From Bacteroidales bacterium (lineage in GTDB: Bacteria > Bacteroidota > Bacteroidia > Bacteroidales > UBA4417): a DNA stretch of 64,000 bases. Of the stretch, positions 49,005-59,800 are shown in pieces; within the stretch, counting starts at the first letter, position 1, and each line of letters starts with the position of its first letter. The notes below the pieces were generated by a model, which searched no databases, was not told the DNA's origin, and saw only the letters and a list, made by a program, of their open reading frames with translations. The stretch covers positions 710,774 through 774,773 of the forward strand of contig OY782677.1 of the NCBI GenBank assembly GCA_963677975.1, read 5' to 3'. Made by a program: the position numbers and the translations under genes.

Positions 49005-50009
49005 ATGAAAATTGCAATTGTTGGTGCTACCGGGCTTGTAGGAAGCGTAATGCTGAAAGTACTCGAAGAAGCACGTTATATCCCTTTTGATAAAATCAGT
49101 GAAATTATCCCGGTTGCTTCCGAAAAATCGATAGGCAAAGATTTGTTTTTCAATAATATGCCGCGTAAAATCGTGAGCATTACCGATGCTATTGCCATGA
49201 AACCGGATATTGCCATCTTCTCGGCGGGTGCTTCTGTTTCAAAAACCTATGCACCGCTTTTTGCTGCAGCCGGAACATTCGTAATCGATAACAGTTCAGC
49301 CTGGCGCATGGACGACAACATTCCCCTGGTTGTGCCCGAAATCAACGCGCATTTACTGAACCAAAAAACCAAAATTATTGCCAACCCGAATTGCAGCACC
49401 ATTCAGATGGTACTTGCCCTTTCGCAGTTGCATAAACATTTCCAGATTAAAAGACTTGTGGTTTCTACCTATCAGTCCGTTTCCGGAACGGGTCAGAAAG
49501 CCGTTGAGCAGATGATGAACGAACGCAACGGAACCCGCACAAATATGGTTTACCCGCACCCTATCGATATGAACCTGTTCCCTCATGGCGGCACTTTCGA
49601 AAGTAACGGGTACACTACCGAGGAAACAAAACTGCTGAACGAAACACGCAAAATACTGGGCGACAACTCGATAAGGGTAACGGCTACCGTGGTTCGCGTT
49701 CCTGTAACCGGCGGACATTCGGAATCGGTGAATGTGGAATTCGAAAAAGAATTCGAGATGGAATGGATCAACAAACTGCTGTCGACTACCAAAGGTATTG
49801 TGGTGCAGGATGATCCTGAAAAATCCATTTATCCCATGCCGAAATACGCCGAAGGCCGCGACGAAGTGTTTGTTGGCCGCATCCGGCGCGACGAATCGCA
49901 GCCCAACAGCATCAACCTCTGGGTTGTTGCCGATAACCTCCGCAAAGGAGCAGCTACCAATGCAGTGCAGATAGCAGCATACCTCCTGCAGAATGAGCTG
50001 GTAGGTTAA
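49005..50009 (+). CDS. asd: Aspartate-semialdehyde dehydrogenase
   Basis: VGATGLVG, IDNSSAWRM, IANPNCST, STYQSVSG, RVPV.GGHSE, DNLRKGAATNAVQ. Confidence 0.97.
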   Translation: MKIAIVGATGLVGSVMLKVLEEARYIPFDKISEIIPVASEKSIGKDLFFNNMPRKIVSITDAIAMKPDIAIFSAGASVSKTYAPLFAAAGTFVIDNSSAWRMDDNIPLVVPEINAHLLNQKTKIIANPNCSTIQMVLALSQLHKHFQIKRLVVSTYQSVSGTGQKAVEQMMNERNGTRTNMVYPHPIDMNLFPHGGTFESNGYTTEETKLLNETRKILGDNSIRVTATVVRVPVTGGHSESVNVEFEKEFEMEWINKLLSTTKGIVVQDDPEKSIYPMPKYAEGRDEVFVGRIRRDESQPNSINLWVVADNLRKGAATNAVQIAAYLLQNELVG

Positions 50010-50034
50010 TTCTTTATTCCCAGCCTCCGCCTCC

Positions 50035-50964
50035 ATGCGAGTTTACCGCCAGATTTCCGAATTTACTTCCCACTGCCGTCCTGTGGCTACAGTGGGTGTT
50101 TTCGATGGCGTGCATCTCGGCCACCTGGAAATCATCAGCCGGCTTATAGCTACTGCAAAGGAAAAACACTGCGAATCGGTTGTAATTACTTTCGATCCTC
50201 ACCCCCGTCTTGTTTTGGCGCATCATGCCGAAATAAAACTTCTGCAAACCCTCGACGAAAAACTGCAGCGTTTTGAAATTGCCGGTGTGGATGTGGTTCT
50301 GATTATCCCTTTCGACCGCGAATTCTCAAAAATCACGCCTTCCGATTTTATCAAAAACGTGCTGGTTGGAAGCCTGCACGTTAGCCATGTAATTACGGGC
50401 TACGATCATTTCTTTGGTCAGAACCGGCAGGGCGATTTCGATATGCTCAGCAATATGGGCCGGGAGTTTGATTTTACAGTCGACGAATTGCCCATGGTTT
50501 CAGTTTCGAGCAGCACTGTAAGTTCTTCATCGGTGCGGCGTGCCTTGCTTGATGGCGATGTTGCCCTGGCAGCTGCAATGCTCGGTTATCCCTATCCCAT
50601 CACCGGGGAAGTGGTTACCGGTAATAAAATTGGCCGCAATATCGGCTACCCGACTGCCAACCTCAAACCCGGCAATACCCACAAGCTGATTCCCGGACAG
50701 GGCGTTTATGCAACTACGGTAAAAATTGACGGAGAAACGTTCAAAGCCATGACCAATATTGGTTACAGGCCTACTATCGATGCTGATCACCTGACCATAG
50801 AAGTGAATATTTTTGATTTTGACCGTGATATTTATTCACGTGAAATTACTTTATCGTTTATTGAACGTATCCGCAACGAAAAGCGTTTTGCCAGCCTGGG
50901 CGATCTGCAACTTCAGCTGGCAAATGATAAAATTACATCCGCAAAATTGTTGGAAAAGCTTTAA
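50035..50964 (+). CDS. ribF: Bifunctional riboflavin kinase/FAD synthetase
   Basis: GVFDGVHLGH, TFDPHP, GYDHFFG, SSS.VR, GR.IGYPTAN, NIGYRPT. Confidence 0.97.
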   Translation: MRVYRQISEFTSHCRPVATVGVFDGVHLGHLEIISRLIATAKEKHCESVVITFDPHPRLVLAHHAEIKLLQTLDEKLQRFEIAGVDVVLIIPFDREFSKITPSDFIKNVLVGSLHVSHVITGYDHFFGQNRQGDFDMLSNMGREFDFTVDELPMVSVSSSTVSSSSVRRALLDGDVALAAAMLGYPYPITGEVVTGNKIGRNIGYPTANLKPGNTHKLIPGQGVYATTVKIDGETFKAMTNIGYRPTIDADHLTIEVNIFDFDRDIYSREITLSFIERIRNEKRFASLGDLQLQLANDKITSAKLLEKL

Positions 50965-50965
50965 T

Positions 50966-51436
50966 TTACTTCGTTTTCATCACCACTATCCCGATTTCCT
51001 CAATTCCTTCCGTCTGGATTTTGGGAATCATATTTTCGAAAGTGAACTTGCATTTGCCCTTATCGGCCATATTTATACCTTTCCAGAGAACAAGCCGCGA
51101 TTCCGTTTTAGCCGTTTCCGGGTCTAATATCAGTTTGCCTTTTTCACGAACCGGAACGGTTACTTCGCGCATACGCTCTTCGCCCGAAGGAGTGGTCATA
51201 ATTACATAAAAAGGAAGTTCATCGTATTGAAACGATTCCGAACAGCGCACCACAATGCTGATATCACAGATCATGGCTTCTTTTTCAACCGGTATCTCAA
51301 ATTGCCGGATATCGAAGCGGTCCCAGGTCGAATTTTTTATCTTCTGGTAACTCTCATACACCGGCCCGCGGTCGCACGAGAAAAAAGCAACCGATAAAAT
51401 CAGGGAAGCTATAATGCCAACTTTCTTAATATTCAT
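50966..51436 (-). CDS. gldH: Gliding-motility lipoprotein GldH family
   Basis: Lipobox FFSC-D, VYESYQ...W....FEI, Y..L...MTTPSG, and C-terminal EGIEEIGI. Confidence 0.7.
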   Translation of the reverse strand: MNIKKVGIIASLILSVAFFSCDRGPVYESYQKIKNSTWDRFDIRQFEIPVEKEAMICDISIVVRCSESFQYDELPFYVIMTTPSGEERMREVTVPVREKGKLILDPETAKTESRLVLWKGINMADKGKCKFTFENMIPKIQTEGIEEIGIVVMKTK

Positions 51437-51505
51437 CTTTCTTCTGGTATTAAAAGTTCAAAAGTCACAGTCCAGGTTTCAGCGCTTGATTATATCGGCC
51501 TTCAT

Positions 51506-51577
51506 TTACAAATTACCACATTTTCAAATAGCCTCATTAACTCATTGCAGAATTGTCGAATTGCCGAATCGCCGAAT
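51506..51577. repeat. Degenerate 8-bp tandem array, 9 units
   Basis: TTACAAAT TACCACAT TTTCAAAT AGCCTCAT TAACTCAT TGCAGAAT TGTCGAAT TGCCGAAT CGCCGAAT, directly downstream of the mnmA stop. Confidence 0.65.
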
Positions 51578-51583
51578 CGCCCG

Positions 51584-52648
51584 TCACCCAATCACCCCGC
51601 TCCCGAAACAAATCCGCGAATCCATATCGTAAACTACACCAAACTGCCCTGCAGCAATTCCCGAAACCGGCACCGACGATTGAATAACGTAGTTTTCACC
51701 TGATTTCTTCAGAATTCCCTTTGTAAAATCGGGTGTATGCCGGATTTTGAATGTAACTTCATGTTCTGCTGTTTCTTCAGGCCATGGATTGCCGCTTATA
51801 AAGTGAAAATCAAGAAGGCTGATTACTTCACCGTATTGCGATTCCGGGTCGTAGCCGTTGGAAACAAAAATTGTGTTCTCGGCTGAATCCTTTTTCACCA
51901 CGAACCATGGACCACCACCCAGGTTTAAGCCTTTGCGCTGCCCGATGGTATGGAACCAGTATCCTTTATGTTTGCCAAGTATTTTGCCGGTTTCCAGTTC
52001 AACGATTTTACCCTCTTTTTCGCCAATGTATTTCCTCAGAAAATCCACGTAATTCACTTTGCCGAGGAAACAGATTCCCTGGCTGTCGCGGCGGTGGGCG
52101 CTTGGCATATTCTGCCTGTGGGCAATGGCCCTGACTTCGCTTTTCACCAGGTTCCCAACCGGGAACATAAGTTTGCTAACCTGTGGATACGTGATCTGTG
52201 CAAGGAAATCAGTCTGGTCCTTCACCGGATCTTTGGCTGTTGCAAGCCATGTTTTACCATTTTCAAAAACCGTATTGGCATAATGACCTGTGGAAATCTT
52301 GTCGAAATCCTTACCCCAGTATTTTTCGAATTCACCGAACTTTATGAGGCGGTTGCACATTACATCCGGGTTGGGTGTAAGCCCCTTTCTTACGGCATCA
52401 AGTGCATAAGCCATAACGTTGTCCCAGTATTCCTTGTGCAGGGGAACCACTTCCATCCTGAGCCCGTAATATTTGGCAAGCCATGTAGTAAGTTCGATAT
52501 CTTCTTCCGATGAACAATCAAGGAATCCTTCATCGTCCTTCATGCCGATACGGATGTAAAAGATCACCGGTTCGTGACCCTGCTCTTTAAGCAGGTGCAA
52601 CATAACCGAACTGTCGACGCCACCCGAAACAAGTGCTGCAATATTCAA
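51584..52648 (-). CDS. mnmA: tRNA 2-thiouridine(34) synthase
   Basis: [51 protein letters not shown]. Confidence 0.97.
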   Translation of the reverse strand: MNIAALVSGGVDSSVMLHLLKEQGHEPVIFYIRIGMKDDEGFLDCSSEEDIELTTWLAKYYGLRMEVVPLHKEYWDNVMAYALDAVRKGLTPNPDVMCNRLIKFGEFEKYWGKDFDKISTGHYANTVFENGKTWLATAKDPVKDQTDFLAQITYPQVSKLMFPVGNLVKSEVRAIAHRQNMPSAHRRDSQGICFLGKVNYVDFLRKYIGEKEGKIVELETGKILGKHKGYWFHTIGQRKGLNLGGGPWFVVKKDSAENTIFVSNGYDPESQYGEVISLLDFHFISGNPWPEETAEHEVTFKIRHTPDFTKGILKKSGENYVIQSSVPVSGIAAGQFGVVYDMDSRICFGSGVIG

Positions 52649-52831
52649 TGGATGTTATTTTTGAGGATGCAAAAATACACTTTTCGGAGCTTTCGCCTGC
52701 ATACAAACCCGCTTTTTGGTAATTTCGGGACAGTTTCAGGTTACAACTTGTTAAATAGTACATTTGTATGGAAGTATTACTGATTTGAAACTTTACCTTG
52801 CCAACCCGTTACCGATAAATTCCCGGATAGC

Positions 52832-54556
52832 ATGAGCCGAAAAACACTTCTCCTGTTCAGCCTGTTGCTGATTCCTGCTTTGCAAACTTCTTTTGCACAA
52901 CAGCTTAAGCATCAACCGGCCGTTCCGGCACCAAAACAGATTGTATGGCAGCAGCTGGAGCAAACCATGTTCGTCCATTTCGATCCTGCAACCTGGCAAG
53001 GCACATCCGCCGATAATCATTCAACACCGCTCAGCAGGATCAATCCAGATAAACTGGATGTAAACCAATGGATTGATGTGGCCGAATCGTGGGGTGCTAA
53101 AATGATTATGTATGTAGCCAAGCATGCAGGGGGTTTTTGCTGGTGGCAGACCGAAACCACCCCATACAGCATTAAAAACACATCTTACAAAAACGGCAAA
53201 GGCGATGTGCTGGCCGATTTGTCGGCAGCCTGCGTAAAGAGAGGAATGAAACTCGGGATCTATATTTCACCCAGCGACGAATCCTTTGGCGCTTACCCAG
53301 GCGGTGGAGGACGCACCAAAGACTCCGCCAGGCAGGAAGAATACAACCAGGTTCTTCGCAGGCAATGGGAGGAAGTTCTTTCGCGGACACCGGGAATTTC
53401 TGAAATCTGGTTCGATGGCAGCGTGGTTGTCCCGCTCGAAGATATTATAAAGAAATATGCACCCGATGCCATTGTCTTCCAGGGGCCGTTTGCTGATATC
53501 CGCTGGGTGGGCAATGAGCGGGGATTTGCCCCTTATCCTGCATGGAACAGCGTGAAAGTCAGCGATGCCCGTTCAGGTACGGCCACTGCTGCACACGGCG
53601 ATCCCGACGGCGAAGTGTGGATGCCTGCCGAAGTAGATGTAACCCTTAAAAACCACGACTGGTTCTGGAGCCCCGCCAATTACAGTAAACTCCGCTCCCC
53701 CGGCGAACTGATCGATATTTATTACAATTCGGTAGGCCACGGCTGCCAGTTGCTGCTTAATTCGGCTCCCGATACAACCGGGCTTATTCCGCCGGAAGAT
53801 GTTGCCCTTTACAAACAGTTTGGTGCCGAAATCACCCGACGGTTCGGGAAAAGCATTTCCGAAACATCCGGTAAAGGAAATGTTGTTGAGCTTAATTTCG
53901 ATTTTCCAACCCTGGTGGATCATGTTATTTTACAGGAGGATATCGCTTTCGGCGAACGTGTCAGGCATTATGTAATTGAAGGCAATGTAGGTGGCAACTG
54001 GTTTAAGGTGTCGTCAGGCATATCGGTTGGATACAAGCGAATCGATCAGTTTAAACCAGTCACGGTGAGCAAGTTAAGATTCCGCTGTACCGAAAGCAAC
54101 CTGCCTCCGGTAATCAAACGGTTTGCTGCATTTTATGTTAACGACACAAAAGATCACAATACTATAGTATCCGATCGCGACGATTATGGCACCCCATGGG
54201 TAAAAGGTGAACAAAAAGCCAGCAATGAGCTGAGTGCCGGTAAACTCGATAGCTTAGTATTTGCAAACGGCGTTTACGAAGCCGATATTTCGCCTTTTAT
54301 TCCTTTGCCCGGCCAGTACGAAATTGCTGTTCGCAACACAAAAACCAACAAAAGTATTACTCCCGCTAATGTTGTGCTTTTGCTTTATTCGCAGGAAACG
54401 CCGGGTCTTGTAAGTATTAAGGATAACGGAATCTGTTCTGTAAGCATTTCCGCCTATCCGACAAGAGAAAGGGGATCGATAAAACTAAAAATAAATCTTC
54501 CCGATACAATCAAACCCGCTGATCTGGAACTGTTTATCCGTGAAATCCGGTTTTAA
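52832..54556 (+). CDS. Alpha-L-fucosidase (GH29) with C-terminal accessory domains
   Basis: Signal peptide, MFVHF, AKHAGGFCWW, GIYISP, EIWFDG (nucleophile Asp), RWVGNERG, W.PAEVD, YYNSVG...LLLN. Confidence 0.9.
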   Translation: MSRKTLLLFSLLLIPALQTSFAQQLKHQPAVPAPKQIVWQQLEQTMFVHFDPATWQGTSADNHSTPLSRINPDKLDVNQWIDVAESWGAKMIMYVAKHAGGFCWWQTETTPYSIKNTSYKNGKGDVLADLSAACVKRGMKLGIYISPSDESFGAYPGGGGRTKDSARQEEYNQVLRRQWEEVLSRTPGISEIWFDGSVVVPLEDIIKKYAPDAIVFQGPFADIRWVGNERGFAPYPAWNSVKVSDARSGTATAAHGDPDGEVWMPAEVDVTLKNHDWFWSPANYSKLRSPGELIDIYYNSVGHGCQLLLNSAPDTTGLIPPEDVALYKQFGAEITRRFGKSISETSGKGNVVELNFDFPTLVDHVILQEDIAFGERVRHYVIEGNVGGNWFKVSSGISVGYKRIDQFKPVTVSKLRFRCTESNLPPVIKRFAAFYVNDTKDHNTIVSDRDDYGTPWVKGEQKASNELSAGKLDSLVFANGVYEADISPFIPLPGQYEIAVRNTKTNKSITPANVVLLLYSQETPGLVSIKDNGICSVSISAYPTRERGSIKLKINLPDTIKPADLELFIREIRF

Positions 54557-54668
54557 ACTGGAAACCTTGCTAATAACTAATCAACTGATTTTTGGAGCAT
54601 CATCATTATATGAGAATTGCTTTTCGGTGAAAACCGCTGTAATTTTATAGAACTGTAACACCTGCAAA

Positions 54669-56207
54669 ATGAGGATCGCCGGCATCCGTACCCTGAAATT
54701 CCTGTTGGCAGCCATGTTGTTGTTTCCCCGCTTTGTTAATTGCCAGTCGTATTCAAATCAAGATAAGTCCATGAAAGAGCCTGATACCTTGCAAAACCGC
54801 CAGCCGGCAGTTGCCGGGCAGTTTTATCCTTCCAATCCGATTGAGTTGGAACAGGAATTGAAAATGTACTTTGCAAAAGCGCCTTTACCTGGAGGAGAAG
54901 GGGATGTTGTGGCTATTGTTTCGCCGCATGCCGGTTATGTTTTTTCGGGCGAAGTTGCGGCCGCCGCTTTCAGCCAGGTTGACAGGGAAAAACAATACAA
55001 AACCATATTCCTGATCGGGAGCAGCCACCGGAATGCATTTGCCGGCGGTTCCGTATACAGCATCGGCAACTATATAACCCCGCTCGGAATTACAGAAACC
55101 GACTTCGCGACAGCGCAGAAACTGGTTTCCGAAAACAGCGTCTTATCCTTCGATCCCCGGTATCACTCAGGCGAACACAGCATCGAAGTGCAGGTTCCTT
55201 TCCTCCAGTATTGGTTGAAACCCGGTTTCAAAATTGTCCCCATACTGCTTGGAACGCAGGATCCCGCAACCTGTGAAAAAATCGCGAAGGTGCTCATGCC
55301 CTGGTTTACAGCGGAAAACCTGTTTATAATCAGTACCGATTTTTCGCATTATCCTGCTTATAACGAAGCCGTTATAACTGACAAACAAATTTCCGATGCC
55401 ATTTTAACCAACCAGCCGGATGTTTTTGTAAAGGCTGTGAGGAGTTGTGCCGAAAAGAAAATTGATAACCTTTCCACCGGATGTTGTTCCTGGCCTGCAG
55501 TTATAACTCTGATGTATCTCACACAAAACAGGGCCGATATCTCATACAGGCAGATTATGTATAAAAATTCAGGCGATTCGAAGTACGGCGAAACCGACAG
55601 GGTTGTGGGTTATAATGCAATAAGCGTTCTGCAGGAAAAAAGAACCAACATGATTCTCACTGAGCAGGAAAAACGACAAATACTTGAGATTGCACGTAAT
55701 ACAATTGAAGCTTATTTAAAAGATTACCGAATTCCGGCCCTGGATACAAATTCATTACTTCCGGCTCTTAAAAATAAGGCCGGCGCTTTTGTTACCCTAA
55801 AAAATTCCGGTCAACTCCGGGGTTGTATCGGATATTTTGAGGCAGATAATGCTCTTTACAGCATCGTGCAGAAAATGGCTGTAGCTTCCTCAACGGAGGA
55901 CAATCGCTTTGCCCCGGTAACATCAAGCGAACTGGCTGAGATCGATATTGAGATTTCGGTACTCACACCTATGAAAAAGATCAGCGATGCGAACACGATC
56001 AGGCTGGGAACCGATGGAATATATATTAAGAAGGGTTACCGGAGCGGAACGTTCCTGCCCCAGGTTGCTACCGACACCGGCTGGAGCCTCGAAGAATTCC
56101 TTGGTCACTGTGCACGCGACAAAGCTGGTATTGGCTGGGATGGATGGAAAGATAAAGATACCGAACTGTATATTTACCAGGCATTTGTATTTGGCGAAAA
56201 GGAATAG
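54669..56207 (+). CDS. amrB: Fused AmmeMemoRadiSam system proteins B (Memo-like) and A (AMMECR1)
   Basis: R.PAVAGQFYP, PHAGYVFSG, EHSIEVQVPF and STDFSHY, followed by GAFVTL...LRGCIG, D.RF.PV and TFLPQVA. Confidence 0.92.
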   Translation: MRIAGIRTLKFLLAAMLLFPRFVNCQSYSNQDKSMKEPDTLQNRQPAVAGQFYPSNPIELEQELKMYFAKAPLPGGEGDVVAIVSPHAGYVFSGEVAAAAFSQVDREKQYKTIFLIGSSHRNAFAGGSVYSIGNYITPLGITETDFATAQKLVSENSVLSFDPRYHSGEHSIEVQVPFLQYWLKPGFKIVPILLGTQDPATCEKIAKVLMPWFTAENLFIISTDFSHYPAYNEAVITDKQISDAILTNQPDVFVKAVRSCAEKKIDNLSTGCCSWPAVITLMYLTQNRADISYRQIMYKNSGDSKYGETDRVVGYNAISVLQEKRTNMILTEQEKRQILEIARNTIEAYLKDYRIPALDTNSLLPALKNKAGAFVTLKNSGQLRGCIGYFEADNALYSIVQKMAVASSTEDNRFAPVTSSELAEIDIEISVLTPMKKISDANTIRLGTDGIYIKKGYRSGTFLPQVATDTGWSLEEFLGHCARDKAGIGWDGWKDKDTELYIYQAFVFGEKE

Positions 56208-56697
56208 GTTAATGCAAATCTCAATGTTTAATAGGCCGGTGCTCCTGGTTGTCAGGCCTGTTTTTGGTGTTCTGTATTTCCACGAAAGGATTTTCACCTC
56301 CGGAACCGGAACTAATACAAGTCATCATACCGAAATTAGAGTCTGACTTTTTGAACCGTTTGGGGTTCTCTGTCACTTTTGCAAGGTGAAATACTGATGT
56401 TTTTTGTGGTTGAGCCGGTTTTTGATATATACAGTCTGAATGAAAATCAACATTTTTTCATTGCAACAAAAGATAAAAAACTCAGTATTTCAGGAGCGTA
56501 TATTGCGAATTATTTCAGCCATTACAGGCTGATTCCATGGTCCGGAACGGGATTCCGATCTGACAATTTCTATTCTTCACTATTTCTATAACAATATTGA
56601 TGTTTAGCCTATTAGCCGATAATATTTCACTCAGGCGAAACAATTTTTGATTTTTTTATTTATATTTGAGCAATCAACAGTCTCAAATCCCAGTCTT

Positions 56698-57432
56698 ATG
56701 AAGAAAATCTCATTTTCACTCATGATCATGTTGTTTTCCATTATCACATTTGGCCAGCAACAGTCAGTTTTTAACCAGTTTCCACCATTTCCCACCACAA
56801 AAAGTCCGGAAGCGGTCGATAACTTTATCCAGCAGCTGGATGCCCTGAAATCAACTATTAAGGAGAAAGTTGATATGATGACTGCCGAAAATAATGCAGC
56901 CGCTTCGTCCATTAAACCCAGTATGGATCCCGCGTCGTACCAGACGGCTTCAAGTGTAACCGATATTATGGCTTTGCAGAAAGCAAATGAAGAAATGATG
57001 GCGCATCAGCAAATGCTGGCAGATGCCCAGAAAAAATATGAGTCAAAACGTGATAGTATTGAAAAAGCGTACCTGAAGGATATGGAGGCTTTCCTAAAAG
57101 TGCTTAACGAATACCGCAATAAGTGCATAGGAGAAGGCAAAGATCCGTCATGCGGCCAGTTAAGGAAGTCAGTCAATGAAAAAAGCGATCCTATCCTGAA
57201 CAAATATTACTTCGGGCCTAATGCGAAATATGTCGGCCTTATCAACTATTGGAAAAAAGTGATGCCTGAATTATACAAATACACAGTAATTGATGGCCAG
57301 GTGTCAGCAGAAAAAAGCCTTGGATTCAAATATCCCCACAAAGAGGACCTGGCTATGTATAGTATGGCAAACGATTGTATTAATACAATTAAGAGTGTCT
57401 TCACAATCGAAGGAATACTCTGGCCCTTATAA
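56698..57432 (+). CDS. Secreted alpha-helical hypothetical protein
   Basis: Signal peptide MKKISFSLMIMLFSIITFG-QQ, coiled-coil-like segments and a CxxxxxxxxC pair. The likely start is ATG 56698. Confidence 0.7.
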   Translation: MKKISFSLMIMLFSIITFGQQQSVFNQFPPFPTTKSPEAVDNFIQQLDALKSTIKEKVDMMTAENNAAASSIKPSMDPASYQTASSVTDIMALQKANEEMMAHQQMLADAQKKYESKRDSIEKAYLKDMEAFLKVLNEYRNKCIGEGKDPSCGQLRKSVNEKSDPILNKYYFGPNAKYVGLINYWKKVMPELYKYTVIDGQVSAEKSLGFKYPHKEDLAMYSMANDCINTIKSVFTIEGILWPL

Positions 57433-57564
57433 ACCTGCAAAAGCATAAACATTTTCAGGCATTATTGGGTAGTGCAAAAATTGAATTATTCCGTCAGAAC
57501 ATGATTTGAAATACCTAATTCTATAATCCGGCTTACTTTAAACAATACAAAAAGCAGAATTTTT

Positions 57565-58413
57565 ATGAAAACTCTAAACTGTTTATGGATTTTAGGGCTA
57601 TTATTAATGCATAGTCCAGGTGCAAATGCCCAGGGTACCGACGCCGAAGGTTGCAATGACCACCCTATGTTCAACCGAATGAAGAATTTCCACATTGGCG
57701 AATGTACTCTCAAGGAGTTTGATGCATTTATGTTCCCCGTTCAAAACTCAACCGCCGAAAACTGCAAGAAACAAAGTGTGGAAGGGAAATACTATTACAT
57801 TAATTATCAATTGGATGAAGGTGTGCAGGAGCCGTCAGCCCTCCAGATTTTCAGGAACTTCGAAAACGCGCTTACCCAGATCAAGGCTACCATTGTGGCA
57901 AAAGTGGTCGAAAATATGAATTCCAGCAGTTTTATTACCGGCAAGGTTACAAGAGCCAATATGGAAACATGGATATACATAACCGCAACTGGTTATGACT
58001 ACCAGGTAACAATTGTTGAGAAACAACTGATGGAACAGGTAATTCAGGCAAGTGAAATGTTAACTGCTTTGAATAATTCGGGGTTTATTGCCCTCAATAT
58101 TTTATTTGATACAGGTAAATCAACTATCAAATCAGAATCACAGGGTATTATCGACCAGGTTTTCGATCTTCTTAAAACCAATCCAACCATTAAAGTTAGT
58201 ATTGAAGGCCACACCGATAATGTAGGAACTCCTGAAAGTAACAAAACGCTGTCCGAAGCCCGTGCAAAAGCAGTTGTTGATGCTATGGTTGCCAAAGGCA
58301 TCGACAAATCCCGACTGCTTTCCAAAGGCTGGGGTCAGGACAAACCTATTGCCGATAATCGCACCGAGGAAGGCCGTGCCAAAAACCGCAGGGTCGAAAT
58401 TGTTAAACTTTAA
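57565..58413 (+). CDS. OmpA-family protein
   Basis: D.EGC.DHPMF.R N-terminal domain, SALQIFRNF, and OmpA domain ILFDTGKS...IEGHTDNVG...NRRVEI. Confidence 0.92.
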   Translation: MKTLNCLWILGLLLMHSPGANAQGTDAEGCNDHPMFNRMKNFHIGECTLKEFDAFMFPVQNSTAENCKKQSVEGKYYYINYQLDEGVQEPSALQIFRNFENALTQIKATIVAKVVENMNSSSFITGKVTRANMETWIYITATGYDYQVTIVEKQLMEQVIQASEMLTALNNSGFIALNILFDTGKSTIKSESQGIIDQVFDLLKTNPTIKVSIEGHTDNVGTPESNKTLSEARAKAVVDAMVAKGIDKSRLLSKGWGQDKPIADNRTEEGRAKNRRVEIVKL

Positions 58414-58419
58414 CCCTGC

Positions 58420-59421
58420 ATGAAGGCATTCTTGGCATTATTTATAGGGTTTGTTTTGTGCAGCAATTTTGTTTATCCCCAGGACGAAACTCAGTATTTA
58501 AAAGACTATCCTGGAAAAGCTCACTACAAATATGTTCCGGCAGCAACTGCAGGCGCATATTCACCTACAGTTTCTGCAGCTGAAGAGGCCGTTGTTAATG
58601 CTAAACTTGATGCCATCTACAGGTTTTTTCTTACAAATCCGGCATTTTCGTCGCCAAAAGGTCTCGAGCTTTTCTTTAAAACAAGGTTTTCGTACAACAA
58701 CGATCAGGTAAAGCAATATCCTGTTTTAAAATACGAAATGGATATTCAAATGTATCCCTGGATCAGTAATAATGGTAAACCGACATGGGAATGTTCCTTG
58801 TGCAATGTAAGTTTTGAAGTATATGTCAACCGCCCCGATAAAGTTTTTGAGGGGCGGTCAATATCAGGAGGAGAAGATCCGACTGACGAAAATGGTTATA
58901 CCATCTCGGTTGAACCGGTGATAATAGGCGAAAAGGACGGATGCAAGATCTATTCAAACGGGACAATTGTTGTTTCATCAGGCGAAAAAGCTGTTTTTGT
59001 TCCGGTCACAGTAAAGGAATACGACCTGGCGTTGATACGGAGTTTTGAGAAAAAAAACAAAGAACATCCCGAAGAACAAGCATCAGGCAATATGTTTATT
59101 TCCAGGATAAAGGAGGAAATGGCAACCTGGTCCGGAACCGAACTCAATTCGGCCGCTTTTACTGGTGACAAAATTGGGGCTTGTCCTTATCGCCTTGAAT
59201 ATGACCAGGTAAAACCTTTGGTGAAGTTAAATCCCGGTTTGTTCGACAAAACCAAACCCAGAACAGCAGCACAGTTAATTATCATTTATAGTTATTATGT
59301 TGCTGCGGGCGACCAATCTCAGCCATTCCCTTTCGAAGAAGGAAATTCTTACAGTCAGCTCCGTTTGGTTGAACTCATGAAAACCATCAATTTTGAAGAA
59401 ATGAAAAAAGTACTGGATTAA
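58420..59421 (+). CDS. Secreted hypothetical protein
   Basis: Signal peptide and 333-aa ORF 6 nt after the OmpA gene. C-terminal LVKLNP..FDKTKPRTAAQLI motif. Confidence 0.72.
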   Translation: MKAFLALFIGFVLCSNFVYPQDETQYLKDYPGKAHYKYVPAATAGAYSPTVSAAEEAVVNAKLDAIYRFFLTNPAFSSPKGLELFFKTRFSYNNDQVKQYPVLKYEMDIQMYPWISNNGKPTWECSLCNVSFEVYVNRPDKVFEGRSISGGEDPTDENGYTISVEPVIIGEKDGCKIYSNGTIVVSSGEKAVFVPVTVKEYDLALIRSFEKKNKEHPEEQASGNMFISRIKEEMATWSGTELNSAAFTGDKIGACPYRLEYDQVKPLVKLNPGLFDKTKPRTAAQLIIIYSYYVAAGDQSQPFPFEEGNSYSQLRLVELMKTINFEEMKKVLD

Positions 59422-59800
59422 AATTAGCAGGATTCATGCCAGCAAAAACTCAACTTAACTCGGATTAAACTAATGGTAAATTTTGGGATATTGAAAAATA
59501 AGCAAACGGGATATTCGGTTTTCAATCATCAGTCGATCAGGAATTGCGGATTTACAGGGTTTGTAAAATTACTGACACTGTTCTTCCCTCTGTTAATATG
59601 CAGTGTTTTAGTATTCCTGACGAATAATATTTTAATTTGATTTTCCGGCAGTCAATAAATGCTTTTCTTTGGCTCACCGCTATTGTGCTGTGTCCGGGAA
59701 GTGATGAAAGTGTCTTATTTCCGACCAGATTAAAGGACTACATTCCAACAAATTCCCGGTTTTATCGTTGTATATTCAAACTCTAATAGGAAACAAATAG

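Noticed and set aside
59530-59700. Possible structured RNA in the 59.4-59.8 kb gap
   Set aside because: Only short imperfect inverted repeats (TCAGGAAT/ATTCCTGA, ACACTG/CAGTGT) are present, with no second copy or known motif to support them.
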